The translations under genes and the position numbers were made by a program. A stretch of 64,000 nt of DNA from Camelus dromedarius (Eukaryota), in assembly GCF_036321535.1 (NCBI RefSeq), contig NC_087461.1, positions 21,204,001 to 21,268,000 of the forward strand. The letters run 5' to 3'. Of the stretch, positions 1 through 11,985 are shown in pieces. How positions within the stretch are numbered: the first letter of the stretch is position 1; every line of letters begins with the position of its first letter. The notes beneath the pieces were generated by a model, which was given only the letters and a program-made list of their open reading frames with translations, made no database searches and was not told the DNA's origin.

Positions 1-721
1 AGGTAAAACAACAGATTCTAATCTCAGTGACAATGTAATTTCAGAGAATGTAAAATTAGTTTAAAAAATATGCCAATATGTGGTTTTCATTAGCAACAAC
101 AATTTGTATGTCTTTGGAAAACCTTTTACAAATGATTTCTATTAAGAATGCATGACTCTGTCCACAAACATGATGCCTGTTTGGAGTTGAGGTTTTAACG
201 TATTCCACGTCACGTGGGAAAAGGCTGCGGGGCGTGTACAGAATGGTGGAACAGGGCCACGTTCCGTGTCTGAAAGAATTACTCTTAGAGAAAATACGTT
301 GTTTAGAGTTGCTGTTGGCAAAGCTGGGTCGTAGTCCTCTCCGTAGGGGTTTTAATTTTTCACTTCGAGGACTGTATTTTTGGAATTGGGTGTACGTGCT
401 CTGGAAATTACACGCATAGTGTCGTAAGCGTGGTGTACGTGGACACCACTGGGTAAGTGTACTGTGCAAGCACGTGCACATGTAAGACAAGTGCAGAAGC
501 CGCATGTATTTATATGCGAATTGCACGCTAGACATGTGCGTCGGGTCCAAGCAGAGTCGTATGTGAAGGGGCCCCTAAGGCTTCAGGTGAACACGACCCT
601 TCTTCTTCCTGGAACATCCAGTGTCTCCAGAGTTTTACAGGAGAAATATGACAAATTGCAAATGAAAAGAGTTCATTTATTAGGACAAATCGTTGTGTTT
701 TATACAAAAAATTGTTTTGGA

Positions 722-811
722 GGGGAGGATGTGGCGCAGGGGGAGAGCGCATGCTTAGGATGCACGAGGTCCTGGGCTCAGTCCCCGGCACCTCCATAAA
801 TAATAAATAAA
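722..811 (+). mobile_element. tRNA-Ala-derived camelid SINE (Vic-1 type)
   Basis: ggggaggatgtggcgcagggggagagcgcatgcttaggatgcacgaggtcctgggctcagtccccggcacctcc followed by an A-rich tail. Confidence 0.85.
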
Positions 812-2209
812 ACTGATTCTATCCCCCACCCAAAAAAAAGTTTAAAAAAATACGTGTCTTTGCTCTGGGCTGAACCCCCCTTGCCTCTGGGCTTCTCTTT
901 TCTCGGTACCCGGGCCAGAGTGTGGTGAGGCCAGCGAGGCGCCCGGGGTAGCACAGGTCAAGAGGGGGCCTCCTTCTCAGGTGTTGCCCTTGAACATGCG
1001 GGACCCTGAGACGACAGCGTCCTTAGGCTCTGAGTCCCGGACACCTGCCATGTCTCCTCCTCGGGGCCTGCTCTGGGCACGGTGGGTAAGACAGAGGCGG
1101 ATTGTTCGATTGCTTTTTAAGGTTGTGGTTGGGGGTTGGTTTCTCGGGACCGTGTTTCTGTTGTCCTAAGTCATGTGACCGCGATGAGCTGAGCTTAGAA
1201 GGTCTTTGCTGGGTGAGAATGACGTTTCCAGCGTGTAGGTTTGCCGTTTAGCAGGGGCTTTCCCCTCTGGGCGTTGCGTCTTCTCAGTGGCCCTGGCAGG
1301 TGGGAGAGCCAGTGAAGCAGCACAGGCCCCGTCCACTGACAGCGAAGCACCTCCTTGGTCTTTCTCATCTCGATCTTGGGTTTAGCTCTTCTCGAAGGCA
1401 GGGTATCGTTTCACACAGTAAATCGCAGCTACATTTCTAGCGTCTGTCCAAACCAGAGCCACCCCGTTTCACCGGTATGTGTGCTCGTCTCCGAGGGCCA
1501 GGGCAGGGCGCGAGGACCTGGCCCCCTGCAGCAGCGTCAGGAGGCCGTCGTGGCTCCTCTCACACTGCAGAGAGCACCCCGCCCCGTCTGTCCAGTGGCT
1601 ATGAGGGACGGTCCCCCCAGGCCATGTTGGGGACGTGGCTGGGCACTGCGGGAGGAAGCTCTTTGTTCACTCAGCGTGCCCAAGAGAGAAGACAGTTCTG
1701 TTGTGTGGCCTGTGCCCAGAACACGTGGCCACGCCTTTGAAAGTGCTCACAGGATTTTACAGATGGGGGCGATGCCCTGTCGTCCCCGCCGCCTCCTCCC
1801 GGAAGGCCCCGGGGGCCACGTGGACCACGGTCCATCTAGTCTGAGTCGTGCTTTCCCAGGCTCCCTGAGCACCCCTCATTCTCCCATCTACGTGCCTGCA
1901 GTATCTGCGTTGCACTTCTGGCTTGGTGTTTTTTAAAGGAACGTGTAGGGAACATTATTTATAATTTTGGCTCCGGTACCCAGCATAATGCCTTAATCAG
2001 ATTAAGTTCTAATCACAATTTGTCGAGTTGATTTCTTCTCAGCTGATTAAGTATTGCAGAGAGAGCATTCACCCTCTTGGAACTGCATGCCAGGGTTTTG
2101 TTTTGAAACACAAGATGAAGGATATATAAGAAGACCAGGACATAACCTTTTTAAAACTTCTGTTCAACTGCAGTTCATGCAGTCACTTACTTGTATCGTG
2201 ATACGGGCA

Positions 2210-2284
2210 GGGGTGAGTGTAGCTCAGGGTGGACCGCGTGCTCAGCACGCACAGGGTTCTGGGTTCAGTCCCCAGCACCTCCAT
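2210..2284 (+). mobile_element. tRNA-Ala-derived camelid SINE with degenerate TSD
   Basis: gggtgagtgtagctcagggtgg...gggttcagtccccagcacctcc. Flanks ttgtatcgtgatacgggca (2191-2209) and ttgtattacgatatgaca (2285-2302). Confidence 0.85.
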
Positions 2285-2542
2285 TTGTATTACGATATGA
2301 CAGGTTTCCTCAAATATCCAGTCTGTGTCACGTGGAGAAAGAACTGCTCTGAATGTGAATTAATGTCGTATTTTCCCATCGCCTCCTACTCAGACACCAC
2401 CTTTTTTAATGGACTATACTGGTATTAGTTAAAGTATTTCTGAAGAATACACACACCCCTCTACACAGGTGTATATGAACTTACCTGAACTGCGTGTCCC
2501 CCGTTTTCAGTAAATGTTTCTGTGTCTTTCTCTCCACACCAG

Positions 2543-2574
2543 CTCTTTGAGTCCAGATGTCGACCCAGTTCTGG
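2543..2574 (+). CDS. PARD3: PARD3 exon for the aPKC-binding region (CR3); only the first 32 nt are visible, the rest runs into the N gap
   Basis: Acceptor tctttctctccacaccAG at 2541-2542, then C TCT TTG AGT CCA GAT GTC GAC CCA GTT CTG G = (C)[10 protein letters not shown](A), matching Par-3 [22 protein letters not shown]. A human-length exon of about 149 nt would end near 2691, inside the gap. Confidence 0.9.
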
Positions 2575-2722
2575 NNNNNNNNNNNNNNNNNNNNNNNNNN
2601 NNNNNNNNNNNNNNNNNNNNNNNNNNNNNNNNNNNNNNNNNNNNNNNNNNNNNNNNNNNNNNNNNNNNNNNNNNNNNNNNNNNNNNNNNNNNNNNNNNNN
2701 NNNNNNNNNNNNNNNNNNNNNN
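2575..2722. other. Assembly gap (148 N)
   Basis: Run of N seen directly. Confidence 1.
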
Positions 2723-3757
2723 TAAACAAGGTTTAGACGCTCTCAGATTAAAACTGATAGTCCCAAACACATGGCTGTTTACTTTGAGCGATAGAGAAAA
2801 TAACTGTGAAATGAGGCAATTTGGCAAAAATGAGTTTTTCTCTGAGTTCGAGATAAACTATATTTCTCTTAAGTGGCATGTTTACATAGTGCACAATATG
2901 TTAATATATATGTTTTCTGATGAGAAAGGAAACAAACACGTGTGTGTATCATGATACACTCATGTATCTTCATTCGGGAAAGAATGACGTGTTTTAACAC
3001 CTTGGCTGCTGAAAAGCAACGTCCTTGCCCTCTGACGTGGCTGGTGGTGGTGGGGTCTCAAACCAGAAGAAAAAGTTTGGAGAGAAACCATTATCTCAAT
3101 CCATGTCTGGAGTTTGGTTCCTTCACGACAGCTTCCTTCCACCGCTGGTCTTTGAGGTTTATTTGATAGAAGTGCTTATGTGTTGATAATTAAGGCATTT
3201 AATTGGAGAAATAATTTGAGAGAATATTTATTGTAGAAAGTATTTGGAAGCCAAATGAGAGGGAAATAACCCTAGCTGTTCAATTAAACACCAATCAGGT
3301 AGTGTCTTTTTTAAAATCCAAATCCACCAAAACCCAAAACAAAGGAAAAAGTCAATTAATTAATCCAATAGACCTGTAAACCGATTGAATGATTAGGAAC
3401 CCTTGTTAATCAGTCGCAATGTGTTTACGCTGTTCTCTGGTGGCTGTTTGTACTTGAAGACTAAAAGCATTAATTTATCACGTGCATCAAAGAAGAGCTT
3501 GGCGATGCCTTGCCCGGCTGGTGACAATGTGCTAACACACCAATAACACACGGGTCCGTGAGGTGGGATGACCGGCGTTGCATGGAGACACGGCTCCTTC
3601 CCCCACTTTGATTCTGAATGTTGGCTTGATGTCCCGTATTATTTGCATGAAATGTTACCTAAGAATTATCCCCTAACTGAGAAGACCTGGGGGTGGTTGA
3701 AGCATGTCCGGCCGCGGGGCTAACTGAGCTAACCGGTCTACATTTACCTTTTAACAG

Positions 3758-3802
3758 TAGCTGACGAGACTAAACTCAGTACAGCGGGTGACCAGAAAGC
3801 AG
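3758..3802 (+). CDS. PARD3: PARD3 45-nt symmetric (phase 1-1) exon, VADETKLSTAGDQKAG
   Basis: ttttaacAG|TAGCTGAC...AAAGCAG|GTAAG. Translation matches human (I/V)ADETKLNTVDDQKAG. Branch-like GCTAAC at 3728-3733. Confidence 0.93.
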
Positions 3803-6800
3803 GTAAGAACGGGCAGCCAGACTGTTGCCATAGAAACCGTGGTCCAAGGAGCTGCCAGTCATACTCACGTAAACATAACCATTCCGGGCTTGCTCCGACG
3901 TTCCCGTGGTCGGAAATCAAATTGCACAAGCCGAGGAAAATTTTTGGTGAGGAGAAATTGATCAGCGTGATACATGCTAAATGGAAATGTGCTTTAGTGC
4001 TTCCAAGATGCTAGAGCACCTAGAGTTTCTTAATTATGTTTGTGGGGGGCTGTTTTGTCACACGTAAAACTGATCAAATTCCCCAACATGTGGTTTCTTA
4101 TGGGAGACTGTTTTTTTTTAAGTCCTCTACCCCGTGCCTAGGTTAACACCCAAGAAATGATTCTCAGAGTGATGATTTGATTTGAAGGACAACAGCGCAA
4201 AGATAGATATTTCCCCTGAAGGACAGAGTCCAGCGTTGCTGTTACTGGTCACTCAGACACCTTAGCTCTCTTTCAGACGAAGCGTTAGTTCCTGGTCACC
4301 TGACATTCAGTTCAATCTACAGCGCATCCTTATCTTAACTTTGTGACTTTAAAGGTTTTTGGTGTTTTGCTGTGTTTTGTTTCTGAACTACTTAGGGCTG
4401 GCTTCTAAAATGCTACCTGAAACATTCCATGGAAATAATGAATTATGTTGACCTGGGTTTTACATTATAGTAGATTTTTCTTACTCTGTTATTTTATGAA
4501 AATAATCAGACGAAAGTATGTGTGACGAAAGTTAATGTGCTTTGTACAGTTGAGCACGTGTGATTTATTGTTGTAAGTCTGAAGGCGTGTTTTAGTATCT
4601 CTAGATCCGATGTGGTGCAGTTGCCCCACTTAGCACTAATGAGCATCAGTTCACCTTCGTAACCTGCAGCAGGAATTAGTTTTAGGCTTCTTGCAAAATG
4701 TGTATCCCACATGCATATGTACAGATGGCTGTGGGCATGGTTGGAGTTTTCCCGTTCTGTAAAGATAGATTATAAAAATTACATCCAATAAATCACTGGA
4801 TTAACTATAGTGCAGTGCAGTTAACAATAGCCCCAGCCCTCATTAAGAAGCTATTTCTTTTATCAAACAGAAAATTCATTGAAATTCTGTTAAGAGAGCT
4901 AAAGAAAAATGCCATTTGATAGTTCACATATGCAAATTAGTCGTTAGTTTTTAGAGCTAATAGTCTTCAGTACTTTTAAAGAAGTAACCCCAATCCAAGT
5001 TGATGTTCATAAAAACCAAGCTGAGCTGCTCAGGTCAAAGAACATGACTTTATATACTGTGCCAATTAGGTAAAGTAAGGAAAGTATTTAATTTAACCCA
5101 CACACTATTACTAACAGGAAAAGAACAATTTATTGGGATTTAAAAAAATAATAATGATGCCCAGATTTCAACTGAAGACATGAAGTAACTTTCCTGGTGA
5201 CGAGGTAGATTTTATAATCTAATTGAGTCATATGTTTTTATGGTTTTTTTAAAGTGTTAGATCCTAGATAGAAACAGCATTTGGGGTACTAGTTGCGATC
5301 TGTCCTACCCAATTAAACTAGAAGGACTTGGGACAAAAATTATTACATGGACGTCAAAGTACTTTTGGGTCTATTGGTTTTAAATCTGCAGTGAATAAAA
5401 TGTCAAACTCGACCCTTCTCACCCTCCAGTGTTGGACACTGAACACACTGTCGGTTATTTTTCTTTCTTCACTTCACTTGAATTGTTAAGATTGTCATGG
5501 TTTTACCGTGTAGGCCGAAGGCTTTTGGTCTCGTCGCAGTGGCCTCTGAGTGCAGATCGTCTGTCCAGCCATAAGCTTTTCATAATGAAAACTCAATTCC
5601 ATTTCCCTTTGCCCTTGCAAAAGACTTCCTCTGCTTTTTTTCGATGAGAGAAATATTACTGGGTAGAAGAAAACTAGACCTAAGGAAAATGGTATGATTA
5701 CGATTTCTGCCTTTATTCCCGGATTTAGGGATTTTGGGGGTAAATTTGCTTCCTGCCAGAAGAGAGGACAGGAACGAGAGAATGGGGTTTCTAACCAGGT
5801 TAATCCTTGAGTATAAAAAATACACAAAGTATCCTAATGACCTGAAAGGTTGTATATAGAGCCTCAAAATATTATTTTAGAATTAAGAGACATTGATTTG
5901 TGTGTGTGTGTAACTAAAACTAATCTTTTGCCCGTACTTTGTATAGTGAAAGACATTTTCAATTTTTGTAACTGGTAAATGATAAAGTTTATAATGTTAG
6001 GAATCTCAGTAACCCTCATTCAGGAATCCTCACAATATATTACTTCACAAAATCTTTGTTCCATTTCTTTGACGAATAGGATATTTACATGTAGGCGATC
6101 CCTGTTACAGAGTGAGAGGCAGCAAGCTCTGTACGGGACCAGGTAGTGAATGCTGTGGGTCTCGCAGACCAGGCAGTGTCTGGAGCAATTACTTCATTCT
6201 GGTGTCATGTGAAGGCAGCCCTGGTGAACACGTAAACAGATGGGCGTGGCTGTGTTCCAGTAAAGTCGTCCAGATTTGGCCCATGGTTTGCTGATCTCTG
6301 TTATAGATTCACAAATTACAGATGTTAGGAATATTTCAGCCGTGCGTCAGTATGGACTGTATTTCATTGACCTCCAGCATGCCCAGTGCCCAGCATCTAT
6401 TGTTTTCCATGTTTTGCCAGAATGTTATAGTACATACTTACGAATTTAGAGAAAAGAGTAGATGGGTGAGCTCTCCGCTACATTCACAAAATAGCTACTG
6501 CTTATTTAGTTACACTTTCATCATTGTTTTTCTCCCCAGATTTGCTTGGGTTTCTATGTTTTAATAAGTACACACATGCACTGTTATACACATATATCCA
6601 TATTTATATACATGTATATGGACATACACATTCATTGCAATAAATACTCATGCCATTTCTGGAATTCGTGATGGAAGTTTTTAGTGCTCCGAGTACATTA
6701 AGTCAGATCTCAGCTAACTACATGTGTAAATGATGCGTTTATGATCGTCTTTCCTAGCAGCATCAGATCTTTATTGGAGACACATACATAATACAGACAC

Positions 6801-7299
6801 ACGTGCATGTATACACAGATAATACACATGCATCCTTGATGAACCCAAGAAAGCACCAAATATCTGCCTTAAGAGTGTTTCTAGAACCCAGATGGAGCTG
6901 GTGAGCTATGAAAATTGAGAGGCACAATTTATTCAGAAAAAGGTCTTCACAGTGCTAATTCTAGAAAGCGTGAACGTAAATGCCTCTGAGCCGTGGAAGC
7001 CCACGTCATAAGTATCTGTCTTCTAGGCGGTGACGTACCAGGCTGCTCCTTAATTATTGGTCAGCATATGGGCTGACGGCCCCATGTAGAGATGACCTGC
7101 CCAGCCTCACCTGCCCTTCCTTTTTTTGCACCTGCCATTTTCACAGTCTAAGTAGAGAAGTCGTTCTGTAGCCTGGGTTGCCCAGCTGGTGGGTGCTGGT
7201 TTTTCACTCATCCAGACGCCAAATTCATCTACCTGTGAGTGCTAGGTCAGCAGTGATGGACGAGGCTGTCTCACCTGGTTAAAGAAACCCATTTTGAAT

Positions 7300-7460
7300 T
7301 TCTTCTGTAGAGCCCAGGGAACTATGTTCAGTATCTCGTAGTAACCTTTAATGAAAAAGAATATGAAAACGATTGTATGTATGTATATGCATGACTGGGA
7401 CACTGTGCTGCACACCAGAAATGAACACATTGTAACTGACGGTACTTCAATTTTAAAAAG
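7300..7460 (+). mobile_element. L1 3' end fragment (cetartiodactyl/camelid type)
   Basis: cagggaactatgttcagtatctcgtagtaacctttaatgaaaaagaatatg...caccagaaatgaacacattgtaactgacggtacttcaattttaaaaa is the typical L1 3' UTR terminus. Confidence 0.8.
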
Positions 7461-7904
7461 AGTCATTTTAAAGTCCGGTATAATATTTTAAAATATAATA
7501 TATATCATTCTATATGTAAATCTTTAATTTGCATATCACCAAAACAAAATCTGCTTGAGAGTATCATATCTTAATTTACATGAGATTAATCTCTGTGGCC
7601 TACCAATGAATAAATTGGAATTTAAAATTAAAAAAAGAAAAAAAAGAAATCCATTTCGATTGCCCCCTAAAGCCTGGTGCGGTCAGGTCCTCCAGGAGCC
7701 GAGCCCCGGCTCTGATCCTCTGGGGGTCCCCTGCCGTCCACCCTGCTGCAGCTTCACGGTCCCTGCTGGTCCTCCTCCTGCCCCTCCCCTGTTTCTCAAG
7801 CAGACGTTGTTCACAGGCCTCGGAGTCTAATCCTCGTCCAAGTCTGCTCTGTCCTCCTGTGCTTCTCCCTGGAGACAGTCCCTACGTAGTTTCTGTTTTT
7901 CTTT

Positions 7905-7990
7905 TTCTTTTCTTTTTTTTTTATTTAATTGCAGTACCGTTGATTTACAGTGTCCTGTTAGTTTCTGGTGCGCGGGTCGTGATTCAGATA
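7905..7990 (-). mobile_element. L1 extreme 3' end fragment
   Basis: PolyT then attgcagtaccgttgatttacagtgtcctgttagtttctggtg, the reverse of the L1 terminus. Confidence 0.7.
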
Positions 7991-8597
7991 CAAGCTACTA
8001 ACCTGGCGTCTTCCCAGTCACATCTTGCGTTGCTCTTCCTAGAGGACACGCCCGCTTTCCAGAATTAGGTTCCAGCTGGCGCCAGGGTGCCCTGATTTTG
8101 CTGGGGACATGTGGTTTCTTGTGCTTTTCTCACTTGCTGGCTTGGGTGAACCCCACCGTAATGAGGAAGATACCCGATGAAGCTTGTTGAGATCAAAGTT
8201 TACCTTCTGCTGTCAGTAACTTTAAACTGTCAAAAAACGGTTTTAGCCAACCTTCCCCTGGTCGGTTCCCTCAGCCTTTCTCCCTCTCTGCTCTTTAGAC
8301 GAGCCTCTGGGTTATTCTGGGGCCTTCAGGTTATTGACACAACTCGGAGAAAATGATCTCACAAAGATTTCACCTGTTGACCCATAAATGGATGCTGATA
8401 GATTTCTTCTTATAGAGAAGATAGACCACATTTAATGAACATTTGGGGAAAATTAAAATGAGAGGCTGTCCCTTCCCTTTGTATGTCTTGCCATCCACAG
8501 TCCAGAAGTGGACACTGAGCAGACAGTTGGTTTATGTCCGTGGCGTTTCCCACAGTGCGTGGCTTCTTGGGCACGTCGTCTTCATCGCTGACTCTAA

Positions 8598-8996
<399 letters not shown>

Positions 8997-11903
8997 TGAT
9001 GGTATTTACCTTTTACACTCTTACTCTCTTGCAAGTGTACGGTTGGGTTTTCTAGAGGCGATCTGTCCCGTGATTCCGCAGTGGACTGAATGCAGAGCAG
9101 ATAGAAGAACCTTCCCAGCTCGATGCTAAAGAGATTTGCTAAAATTTAACACAGGGCCATTATCCTCATGAATTGTTTTTGGAAAATACAAGACTTTTTT
9201 TTTTTTTTTTTGGTAAAGTATGTTTTCTGTCATTATGAAATTTGTTACTTTTTACAAAATAATTCATATTTTTAAACTCAGTTTTAATGCAGTATATATT
9301 GTTAGATATAATCCACATAGAAATTTTCTTTTGAGTCTTGAATAAATTTTAGGGGTGTCAAGCATCCTGAGAAGCAGAATGTCTGAAAGCCGCTGCTGTG
9401 CAGTGTCTGTAATACTGGATCTCAAGCGAACGCGTGTCGTCATCTGTGATTTTGAGAACATACATTTGTTTTGTTTCTGTGAATTACTCTTGCTTTCCCT
9501 GAACTGTGCTAGCAAGATGTTTGTGTCTGTGTGTGTGTTTCCAAATTGCAAAATATTTTAAGCCAAAATTATCGAAAGTCAGAGGTTGCAGTGAAGAAGC
9601 AGTGTGTTTTCTGTAGTCTGCTGAGAGGAAAGCGACGTTTATAAGAACGTACGAACGTCCGCTTCGGTGAGTTGTCGTTATAGTTAAGCTTCCATGGTGT
9701 GAGAGTAGCCATTTGATTTAAACGTAAGGAAGAAACTCCACAGTGTATCTGCTTAGAAGAGAAAAGACGTGAATCCTGATGGTAAAGATCACGGACTAGC
9801 TCATACTGCTCGTTAATGCTAATTCATATTTTGGTCGTTTGACTTCCGAGTGACTATGCCCTTCCAGCTGTCGGCACTGAAGCTGGGGCCACCGTCCAGA
9901 GTTAAAGCAGAGAGTGTTCCAGTGGGTCATGGTCGACTTTGGGTTTAACTTTGGGGGGACACACATCCCTAAGGAAGATTGTGGGGCAGAAGGAGGGTTT
10001 TAAGTGAAAGCCACATTCGCAGGAGACTCACAGCAGACTGTGTCATCTCGGCCTGGCGCACAGCGTGCTCTTGGCAGGATGAGCATTCCTGCCATAGTGA
10101 AACAGGCAAAGCCCAACCTGGAAGAGGGCGGCTCCACCCTCCCCCGCCCCCTCCTCATTCTCTGTCTAAATCTGGACAGGTTTTCACTCCCTCCAGCCTG
10201 TGATTTCAAATATATGCAGTCGATTCTTGCCAGATGAAGAACATATTTCCTATTTTTGCTGCCAAGCCTGGTCTCCGAGATCCTGAGTCATATGGGCTCC
10301 CAGCCGTTGGGTTTTTCCCAGCGTGTCCGCGGTTCCCTGCCATCCTGACCAGTACCTCCCGGGTGGGCCCCTCCATCGCTTGGAGATCTCGCCCCTGTCC
10401 TGGGTGCATAGCTAACAAGAGACCTCGTACTTGGGCACCTGAGTATTTGTTTTTTTAATCATTTACAAGTTAAGATGCTTCTGAACTTTTTTTCTTATTC
10501 TGGTTGAAATGTTATTTAAATTCCTGCATAAAATGCAGTTTTCTTACATATATCACTTATCTCCCACACAGCAGGGGCTGGGGTAGATAGCAGTTCAGGG
10601 CATGTTCTTAATTCTGTGGCCTCCAGACCTCCTCACTGGTGTAGATGTCTGAGTCTGTCCCTATATAAACTTAGTGTCCATTTTTATTTGGAAATAATTA
10701 ATTTAAGTATTTTATATGAAAAATGTTGTGTTCAGCAATCATCAAGGGAAAAACAAGTAACTAGACAAACTACAACTTGTGAACTGGAGGGAAAGTTCTG
10801 GATAAGAGCTGGGAGAGACACGTGACCCAGGTCCCTGCCACCACAAAGTGCTGGGTTTTCCAAAAGTCCTGATTTTGTGATGTCTTTCTTCAGACTGATC
10901 TTTGAACTTTGACTACGGTGGAAGAAAGGCAACCAAATTGTACAATTCAGATGCTGACAGAGCTTTTGCAGTGGACGAGCAGGGTGGCAGGAGCAGGGGC
11001 GTGGTCCGATGACTCACGTCCCATCCAGTTCTTTTCACTAGTTTGGGGTTTGGGTGAAGTTGCTTAAAAGCCTTAAGCTTTAATCCCCTCAGTTGTAAAA
11101 CTGAAGACTCGGATGCCGAGGTCATTGATTCTCAGGTTGCATGTTGTGCGTCTGGGATTGGGGGGGCTCGGGGGCTTGGGGGAGTCGGGGAGCACGTGGG
11201 AGGCCAAGCCCATGGGACTGCAAGGTCACCTGCTCCCTGCTGTCACCCCAATGGCTGTGTGCATTTTTAAATCACTTTTTGAACATGGTGCTTCTCCGTA
11301 ACTTTAAAGTTTTAAAAAGGGAAGGTCGCAGTTTTTCAGATGAAGTTTTAAAAGCTCGGGTGTGGATGACTTCTTTCTGCAGTGCCGCACAGGTTTAGCG
11401 TCTCCTGACACTGCGGCCCGGTCACGGGCTGACCACAGTCCTGCCTGCTTCTCTGGAAAGCCCGGGAAGAAAGACGCCACCAGTCTCACTCCCGCAGGGC
11501 CGGGCTTGGGGCTGGGTGAAGTGTGGGAGTCGGGGATGTTGTCATGTCAGTGAGTAGCACCTGCTTAGCCAGCAGCGCTGCGTGCACAGAGACAGGCAGC
11601 GAGCCCCTGGGTCGGCAGCGACTCGTCCCTCCTTCTCTGTGTCCCACACTGGACCTGCGTGGCCGAGACCTCCAGTGCCTCTGCAAACCCTTTGTTTTCT
11701 TTAAAAAAAAAAAAATCTGTCAAGGCTGATGTCACTGCTGGTGGTCATGGGACCGTCTCCTTTACGTAGGACTAAGCACAGTTGTGAGAAAGGAGCTCCT
11801 CCTCCAGTTCCCTCAGCACCATCCTTTCCAGAGACTGACAGTTCTCACTGTGTGGTCCACATGGCCTGTGCCACTGTCCGAGTTCCTGTTTCTGCTTGTG
11901 CCC

Positions 11904-11985
11904 CTGCATCCTCATCTCTGCATCCTCACCTGTGCACCCGCCCCCGCGCACCCCCGCCCCCGCGCACCCCCGCCCCCGCATTCCC
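11904..11985. repeat. Short C-rich tandem repeats (14-16 bp units)
   Basis: ctgcatcctca(t/c) x2, then gcac(cc)ccgcccccgc x3. Confidence 0.85.

Noticed and set aside
56-799. ORFs of 164 and 111 aa at the window start
   Set aside because: No recognisable protein similarity or exon structure; intronic, and the + ORF runs into a SINE.
2481-2954. ORFs spanning N runs (also 54428..54900)
   Set aside because: Artefacts of translating through gaps; only [10 protein letters not shown] is real coding sequence.
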